A DNA stretch of 38,961 nucleotides, from contig CAZHAL010000001.1 of assembly GCA_964530355.1 (NCBI GenBank), forward strand, positions 1-38,961, given 5' to 3'. The position numbers and the translations under genes are program-made. Source of the DNA: an uncultured Bacteroidales bacterium (GTDB lineage: Bacteria; Pseudomonadota; Alphaproteobacteria; Rs-D84; CACZYB01). Each line of letters starts with the position of its first letter. Within the stretch, counting starts at the first letter, position 1. The notes beneath the pieces are model-generated. The model had not been told where the DNA came from. It did not search any database and was given only the letters and a program-made list of their open reading frames with translations. Below, piece after piece: positions 19,666 to 24,458 of this stretch.

Positions 19666-20073
19666 CTAATCCCAACCTCGGGTATCTTGCAATCCTTTAT
19701 ATGTATCTTGTATATCATTTCCACGATTTGGATCTGCCAAATATGAAACGATAAATCCTGCAACACCAAGAAGAACAAGTGCAACAATAAGATAAAGTAA
19801 TTTTTTCCAATCAATAGAACCGTCTTGGATAGCAGTCCATGCATAAGCCAAGAAAGCGAATGCAGCACAAACGAACAAAGCATTTCTTGTCCATGCAAAT
19901 AAATTACTTCCGCGTTGTAAGAATTTTTGGAACGGACCGGTCAAACCTTCTGTAACAATTCTTTCACCATCTTGCTGCGCAAAAACATCAGCAGGAACAA
20001 CAAACATAAACGCACATAAAATAGCAAGACAAACAAGTGTTGATTTCTTTGTTAAAAAATTAAATAATGACAT
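19666..20073 (-). CDS. VirB2/TrbC-like T4SS pilin candidate
   Basis: 135 aa. It has a long signal peptide ending VFAQ/Q, then two hydrophobic helices (ALFVCAAFAFLAYAWTAI and YLIVALVLLGVAGFIVSYL) separated by a short polar loop. This is the VirB2/TrbC propilin architecture. RBS GGAGAAAAAG. Confidence 0.5.
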   Translation of the reverse strand: MSLFNFLTKKSTLVCLAILCAFMFVVPADVFAQQDGERIVTEGLTGPFQKFLQRGSNLFAWTRNALFVCAAFAFLAYAWTAIQDGSIDWKKLLYLIVALVLLGVAGFIVSYLADPNRGNDIQDTYKGLQDTRGWD

Positions 20074-20149
20074 CTTTTTCTCCTATAAATTAAATTACAA
20101 AAATATTATAGCAAAATTTCCGTATTAACGCAAGTTTTTTTTATTCACC

Positions 20150-20755
20150 TCATCTCTTCTTAATATTGGCATAATGAGGTTTTATATAAAGCGGTTCAAT
20201 CGGCTCCTGCACAAAAGTTTGCCTGTCAAATTTCTCCTCAACCGCCGATAACACAGCAACCGGAGAAATCTCTCCGCCTATAACATTTTGACCGACATAA
20301 AAATTACTTATCACCGGCACATCCGACAAAACAGCATCCTTTAAAACAATACTATACTCACCTACCTTACATCCGTCAGCATCAAGCCTTCCGTAATAAC
20401 AATCCTTTCCTGCCGCATCCAGATATATATTGTAATCCGACAATCCGGCATTTTTATATGTATAATACATTGCCTCAAAGTTAGAAAGACAAATCACCCT
20501 AACCCCTGTTGCAATCAAAAAACCCTTTATAACGGAAAGCCCTAACCGTATCCCAGTAAAAGAACCGGGACCGACTATCGCAACAACAAAATCCAAATCC
20601 GAAATTTTAACCCCGCCCAACACAGAAGAAATCGCATCAAAAATTTCCTCTGATTGGCTTTTCTCACCACTTGATAAAAAATTATGAACGCTATCCCCAT
20701 CCTTAAAACAAATCTGTAAAAAATTAAGCGCAGTATTGATATAAAGACTTTTCAT
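20150..20755 (-). CDS. tsaB: tRNA t6A37 threonylcarbamoyl-transfer protein TsaB (YeaZ)
   Basis: VAIVGPGSFTGIRLGLSVIKGF is the TsaB/YeaZ signature. The 201-aa size fits. Confidence 0.8.
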   Translation of the reverse strand: MKSLYINTALNFLQICFKDGDSVHNFLSSGEKSQSEEIFDAISSVLGGVKISDLDFVVAIVGPGSFTGIRLGLSVIKGFLIATGVRVICLSNFEAMYYTYKNAGLSDYNIYLDAAGKDCYYGRLDADGCKVGEYSIVLKDAVLSDVPVISNFYVGQNVIGGEISPVAVLSAVEEKFDRQTFVQEPIEPLYIKPHYANIKKR

Positions 20756-20825
20756 ATTTTTAAATTGACCTCAGTATTTTTTCTTATATAATAACAAAAA
20801 GAGACTTAAAAGACAAGAGGGAAAA

Positions 20826-21785
20826 ATGCTTTCAAAATTCTTAAAAACTACTACTCCAAAGGAAACATACAAACTTCCCGTTGTAACAAAGGAACTTGCC
20901 TCTTTTGCCACAACAATATTTGAATTTTCAACCGACGCAATGTTAATACTTGATTCGGTCGGCAAAATAGCCTCTGTCAACACCGCACTTTGCAACCTTA
21001 TTTCTGATGAAAAGGAAAACATAGTCGGACAAATTCCGGAATTCCTTTTCGGCGGACAAAGTGACATTTTATCATTCAAAAATTTCATCCGGGATTTAGT
21101 TTTAAACGGCTATTGGAACGGTCAGGTTTTAGCAAGGAGCAAATCCGGAGCCGTAGTCCCGATGGAAATCCGCTTTTCCGCAATCTATAATGATATAGGT
21201 GAGGCAAACCACTTTATCGGTATCTGCTCTTCCATCTATTCTTATATATCAAAGATGAACGAGCTTCCATTCGACCCTAACCTTGACCCGCTTACAAAAA
21301 CATATAACTACAATTCGTTCTTGCACCGCCTTGAACATAATATACATAAGATTGAAAAGGATATGTCAGTCCTTTCCGTATTGTATATTGATATTGACGG
21401 TTTTAAAAACCTTGATAACACACATAATTATTTAACCGGAGACACTGTCCTTAAAAACCTGGGCGCCCTTCTTACCGAAACACTTGAAAAAAGTGATACC
21501 GTAGCAAGATTAAAGGCGGACATTTTCTGCATAATACTTCTTGATATTTATACCCAGGAAAGCATTCAAAAAATGGCGGAAAACATTTTCAAAAAGATTA
21601 CCGCACCTTATGCGCTGCACCCTGATATAGAACATATATCTATCAGTATGGGTGTTGCGACTTATCCTATAAGCGGGGAAAATCCGCAAAGCTTAATCGC
21701 CTCCGCCGCAGAAGCAACCAAGAATGCAAAAAATGCAGGTGGTAATCAAATCAAATATCATAAAAGTTTAAATGAGATAGATTAG
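20826..21785 (+). CDS. PAS-GGDEF protein with a degenerate active site (KADIF instead of GGDEF)
   Basis: PAS-like N-half (FEFSTDAMLILDSVGKIASVN...GYWNGQVLARSKSGAVVPMEIRF). GGDEF fold: DPLTKTYNYNSF...VLYIDIDGFKNLDNTHNYLTGDTVLK...ARLKADIFCIILL...SISMGVATYP...AKNAGGNQ. Confidence 0.75.
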   Translation: MLSKFLKTTTPKETYKLPVVTKELASFATTIFEFSTDAMLILDSVGKIASVNTALCNLISDEKENIVGQIPEFLFGGQSDILSFKNFIRDLVLNGYWNGQVLARSKSGAVVPMEIRFSAIYNDIGEANHFIGICSSIYSYISKMNELPFDPNLDPLTKTYNYNSFLHRLEHNIHKIEKDMSVLSVLYIDIDGFKNLDNTHNYLTGDTVLKNLGALLTETLEKSDTVARLKADIFCIILLDIYTQESIQKMAENIFKKITAPYALHPDIEHISISMGVATYPISGENPQSLIASAAEATKNAKNAGGNQIKYHKSLNEID

Positions 21786-21805
21786 CTAAGAGCTGTTCAA
21801 ACCCA

Positions 21806-21831
21806 AACTCCCTGTTAAGGGAGTTTTTTTT
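21806..21831 (+). terminator. Rho-independent terminator of the GGDEF gene
   Basis: Stem AACTCCC / GGGAGTT with loop TGTTAA, followed by T8. Confidence 0.7.
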
Positions 21832-21937
21832 AGTCGCAATTTTTCAAGACCGATAGGCTCTCTGGAAAAATTTTTATGAAGGGAAATTTATATAAAGTAA
21901 ATACATCCACCAGAAAGGTTATTACGAAGTAATGACC

Positions 21938-21967
21938 GGCAACCCCCAGGGGGGCTCGGGGGTCGCC
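21938..21967 (-). repeat. GC hairpin with C-rich loop (minus-strand reading GGCGACCCCC-GAGCCCCCCU-GGGGGUUGCC)
   Basis: 10-bp stem. It is perfect (with one G.U) on the minus strand and has an A.C mismatch on the plus strand. Confidence 0.6.
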
Positions 21968-22073
21968 TTATAACAAGGAGGAGAGTATAAGGAATTTGAA
22001 GAGGAGGAAAAACATAAATGAAAACAATCAAACGCAATACATCTTCCAGTAGTAAGTTTTTTATAAAACTTAC

Positions 22074-22111
22074 GTCGCCCTCCCTTACCCCCCCCCTTGC
22101 GGGAGGGCGAC
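22074..22111 (+). repeat. GC hairpin with C-rich loop (GUCGCCCUCCC-UUACCCCCCCCCUUGC-GGGAGGGCGAC)
   Basis: Perfect 11-bp stem and a 16-nt loop containing C9, read directly. Confidence 0.6.
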
Positions 22112-22195
22112 ATTGACGAGGATAAAGATAAACAGATTGTTGAAGTTGTTTTTCATAAGTTTCCATATCCCTCAACCATATCCGGGTTGATAGCC

Positions 22196-22266
22196 CCAGT
22201 CTGCTCGGCACCCCCTCCGCCCCCTTTAGGGGGTGCCGGAAAACCACTTCGTGATTTTCGGACTGG
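22196..22266 (+). repeat. Nested hairpin element CCAGUC...CGGCACCCCC-UCCGCCCCCUUUA-GGGGGUGCCG...GACUGG
   Basis: A 6-bp outer helix encloses a perfect 10-bp GC stem with a C-rich 13-nt loop, plus a second small hairpin. It is collinear with the element at 37790-37845 on the opposite strand. Confidence 0.6.
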
Positions 22267-22354
22267 CAGATATGGTTAAGTAATTTTCTCCCAGAAAACC
22301 GAGCGAATGTCCGCACCCGCGGGCGGGCACAAAATAAAATAATTCATTATAAAA

Positions 22355-22388
22355 AACTCCCCAACAAAAAGGGGAGTTTACGCATCGA
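22355..22388 (-). terminator. Rho-independent terminator of glycine-rich protein gene 1
   Basis: Minus strand reads AACUCCCC-UUUUUGUU-GGGGAGUU followed by U6. The design is nearly identical to the terminator at 37935-37964. Confidence 0.7.
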
Positions 22389-22401
22389 TTCGGATTTATA
22401 A

Positions 22402-23151
22402 TCAGTTACAATCATAAAACTTATATATTTTAATCCAACCATCACCACCGGCACTTCTCGCAGAATTAGAATCACAGTCGGACCTTTTACCTCCTATACC
22501 TTTTGAACCACCTAAACCATTTCCCGCAGGAGCTTTATTTGCCGGATAATAGGAACAACCTCCCTTTTCTCCTCCGTCACCACCTGCAACATAAAGGTTA
22601 TAAGAACCTACCGTAATTTCTGAATGACCACCATTGCCACCATTTTCTCTTGCTCCTCCTCTAGAACCTCCCTTTCCTATTTTATAAGTAAGCTGTATGG
22701 CATCCGCAAAATGTAATATCTTTGAATATTGCAAATCACCTGCACCGCCATCTCCGCCGGGACCGGAACAACATCCTTTCAATCCGCGACCTTCTCCATG
22801 AGAACCGGCGCCACCACCTCCTGCACTGGCAACTTCAAATTGATAAATACCGGGATCTAAATTCCTAAAGCTAGTACTCTTAGCCCCCCAATCCCAAACA
22901 GGAACATTTGAATTGTAACTGTCATTCATTTCTGCAACAACCATTTTTCTACACCTTGACGGATCAAAAGGAGTCCCTGTATTCGCCGGACATACCTTCC
23001 CCTCCGGACATGTCGCACAAGACGTCAACGTCCCGTCACTATACGTTCCTAATCTACACGATAAACATTGATAAACCGCACTTCTGCCTACCAATGCCCC
23101 GGCAACTGACATCACCATCGCCCCTATTACTAACTTTTTCTTTTTTCCCAT
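22402..23151 (-). CDS. Secreted Cys-rich / glycine-rich domain protein (paralog 1)
   Basis: I prefer the start at the second ATG (23151), preceded by GGAGGA. Signal or anchor segment KKKKLVIGAMVMSVAGALVG. Cys module YQCLSCRLGTYSDGTLTSCATCPEGKVCP. Then PGIYQFEVASAGGGGAG and repeated GGxGG tracts (GPGGDGGAG, GGNGG, AGGDGGEKGG). Confidence 0.7.
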   Translation of the reverse strand: MGKKKKLVIGAMVMSVAGALVGRSAVYQCLSCRLGTYSDGTLTSCATCPEGKVCPANTGTPFDPSRCRKMVVAEMNDSYNSNVPVWDWGAKSTSFRNLDPGIYQFEVASAGGGGAGSHGEGRGLKGCCSGPGGDGGAGDLQYSKILHFADAIQLTYKIGKGGSRGGARENGGNGGHSEITVGSYNLYVAGGDGGEKGGCSYYPANKAPAGNGLGGSKGIGGKRSDCDSNSARSAGGDGWIKIYKFYDCN

Positions 23152-23251
23152 TTTTTCCTCCATTTCTTTTCTTGGGTTAATTATTTTTAATTTCGGGAGG
23201 GAGGAAGCAGAAGACTATGAACCAAAAAAACAACTTCCTCCCGCAAATTAA

Positions 23252-23545
23252 CTAATTTCTATACAGCCCCCTATACATACCGGGACTGCAATTATTAGTA
23301 TTATTGTTTAAACTTATATAAGTCCCTGCCGGACACTTTAATGCTAAACACTCACGGTCTACATACATTTTACCTGACGGACAACTACACGAAGCCCCAT
23401 CCCTATAAGTAGCCTTAGTATCGCACCTGCCGTTCTTCGGCACACAATACTTTATAAGCATTTTATCATACGCGCTTACCCCCGCCTTTGCAGACAGACT
23501 TAACCCTCCGACAAATATGCCAAAGATTATATATTTCTTTTTCAT
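23252..23545 (-). CDS. Small secreted Cys-rich protein (97 aa), upstream of glycine-rich paralog 1
   Basis: Start placed at ATG 23545 (RBS AAGAGGGAG), giving signal peptide MKKKYIIFGIFVGGLSLSAKA. The mature part is CVPKNGRCDTKATYRDGASCSCPSGKMYVDRECLALKCPAGTYISLNNNTNNCSPGMY, with 8 Cys. The longer track ORF start (23635) lies in the structured leader. Confidence 0.6.
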   Translation of the reverse strand: MKKKYIIFGIFVGGLSLSAKAGVSAYDKMLIKYCVPKNGRCDTKATYRDGASCSCPSGKMYVDRECLALKCPAGTYISLNNNTNNCSPGMYRGLYRN

Positions 23546-23611
23546 ATCATACTCCCTCTTTTTACCAGTTGATAAAATCAAATGGTGTGTTACAATAAAT
23601 CCTCTGCACAC

Positions 23612-23792
23612 GCGGGGAGTTGACAAATCACACATTATAAGATGACTCTACATAACCTTTAAGAACCGTCTGTTCTCTGAACATACGTTATGAGCTCCCC
23701 ACATACACAAAGATGTGGAGCACATAAAGTTCTTAAAGTATGCCTTTTTTAAAACAAACTTTATAATGTGTTAGGACTTGTCACAGTCCCGC
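23612..23792. ncRNA. 180-nt rod-like inverted-repeat element: candidate ncRNA (6S-like shape), structured 5' leader, or MITE-like element
   Basis: ~30-nt arms pair (23612-23640 with 23761-23792). A 10/18-nt internal bubble follows, then a 14-bp inner stem (23651-23666 with 23729-23742) and two apical hairpins. Promoter-like hexamers exist on both strands, so the transcribed strand is unresolved. Confidence 0.35.
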
Positions 23793-23865
23793 ATCCTACG
23801 AGGACGCCATAAATTTGGAAAGACTCCAAATTTATTTTCATAATACTATATTAAAAGATAATACG

Positions 23866-23894
23866 CAACAAAAAAGATGTTACAAAGTAACACC
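23866..23894 (-). terminator. Rho-independent terminator of fabZ
   Basis: Minus strand reads GGUGUUAC-UUU-GUAACAUC followed by U6. The G.U pair closes only on the minus strand. Confidence 0.65.
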
Positions 23895-23929
23895 TTTTCC
23901 CTATTCTAAAACAAAATTTTATTTAAAAA

Positions 23930-24385
23930 TTACAGTTTAGTTTTACCTGATTTCATAGCTGACAGAACGGCTGACACACAAAGTTTATCATCAACATAAA
24001 CAGCAGCCTTCCACTTTTCAAATGCACCACGTTGAGCACACTTTTCAACCTTTATATGAAGTTGATCCCCAGGGATAACTTGATTTTTAAACTTTGCTTC
24101 ATCAATACCTGTTAAAAAGACAATCTGTCCTCTTAAATCTTCCGACTCGGAAGTTGCCCCAACCAACACCGCAGTTTGAGCCATAGCTTCCAACATTAAA
24201 ACCCCCGGCATAACAGGAGAAGCCGGAAAGTGTCCCTGAAAAAATTCTTCATTCGCACTAACATTTTTAATACCGGTTCCCGATTGTCCGGGCACTATAT
24301 CAATTACTCTGTCAACAAGCAAAAAAGGATACCTGTGTGGTAAAATTTTTTTAATGTCATCAATATATAATATATTTTTTTCCAT
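23930..24385 (-). CDS. fabZ: 3-hydroxyacyl-ACP dehydratase FabZ
   Basis: LPHRYPFLLVDRV...FFQGHFPASPVMPGVLMLEAMAQ is the canonical FabZ hot-dog motif. Confidence 0.9.
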   Translation of the reverse strand: MEKNILYIDDIKKILPHRYPFLLVDRVIDIVPGQSGTGIKNVSANEEFFQGHFPASPVMPGVLMLEAMAQTAVLVGATSESEDLRGQIVFLTGIDEAKFKNQVIPGDQLHIKVEKCAQRGAFEKWKAAVYVDDKLCVSAVLSAMKSGKTKL

Positions 24386-24458
24386 GATGTTTTTCCCTAA
24401 ATTATTATCTTAATTAGGATACTACTTTGAAATAAAAAGACAAGTATTTTTTTATATC

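Larger units (their letters stand above)
21917..22330. ncRNA. GC-rich multi-hairpin island: candidate structured ncRNA or REP/BIME-like palindrome cluster (strand unresolved)
   Basis: This is an intergenic stretch between convergent genes. It contains at least seven stable hairpins: 21917-21937, 21938-21967, 21966-21992, 22052-22073, 22074-22111, 22196-22266 (nested) and 22308-22330. It has no convincing coding potential and no tmRNA, RNase P or SRP signature. Confidence 0.4.

Noticed and set aside
19506-19898. ORFs 19506-19754 (plus) and 19584-19898 (minus) spanning the bidirectional terminator
   Set aside because: They run through a strong terminator hairpin and overlap the ends of two supported genes in other frames, so they are artefactual.
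22134-22145. 12-mer ATTGTTGAAGTT shared between 22134-22145 and 37862-37873, near both hairpin elements
   Set aside because: In a 39-kb AT-rich window, dozens of exact 12-mer coincidences are expected by chance. The flanks do not align, so I do not count it as evidence of homology.
21888-22316. Track ORFs across the GC island (142 aa minus strand at 21888-22316; 63 aa at 21922-22113; 60 aa at 22097-22279)
   Set aside because: The translations are Pro/Gly/Arg-rich strings generated by the G.C hairpin arms. They have no RBS and no recognisable domain, and they overlap one another in different frames. Palindromic GC DNA gives open frames on both strands by construction.
21900-22330. Possibility that the GC island is tmRNA (including the two-piece alphaproteobacterial form), RNase P RNA or SRP RNA
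   Set aside because: There is no T-loop GGUUCGA/UCGAACC on either strand and no plausible tag ORF ending in hydrophobic residues plus a stop. There is no P4 signature GAGGAAAGUCC / ACAGAAxCCGGCUUA with the right spacing, and no SRP GGAAGCAGCC motif. The UCCACCA at 21906-21912 is preceded by AT-rich sequence that cannot form an acceptor/T arm.
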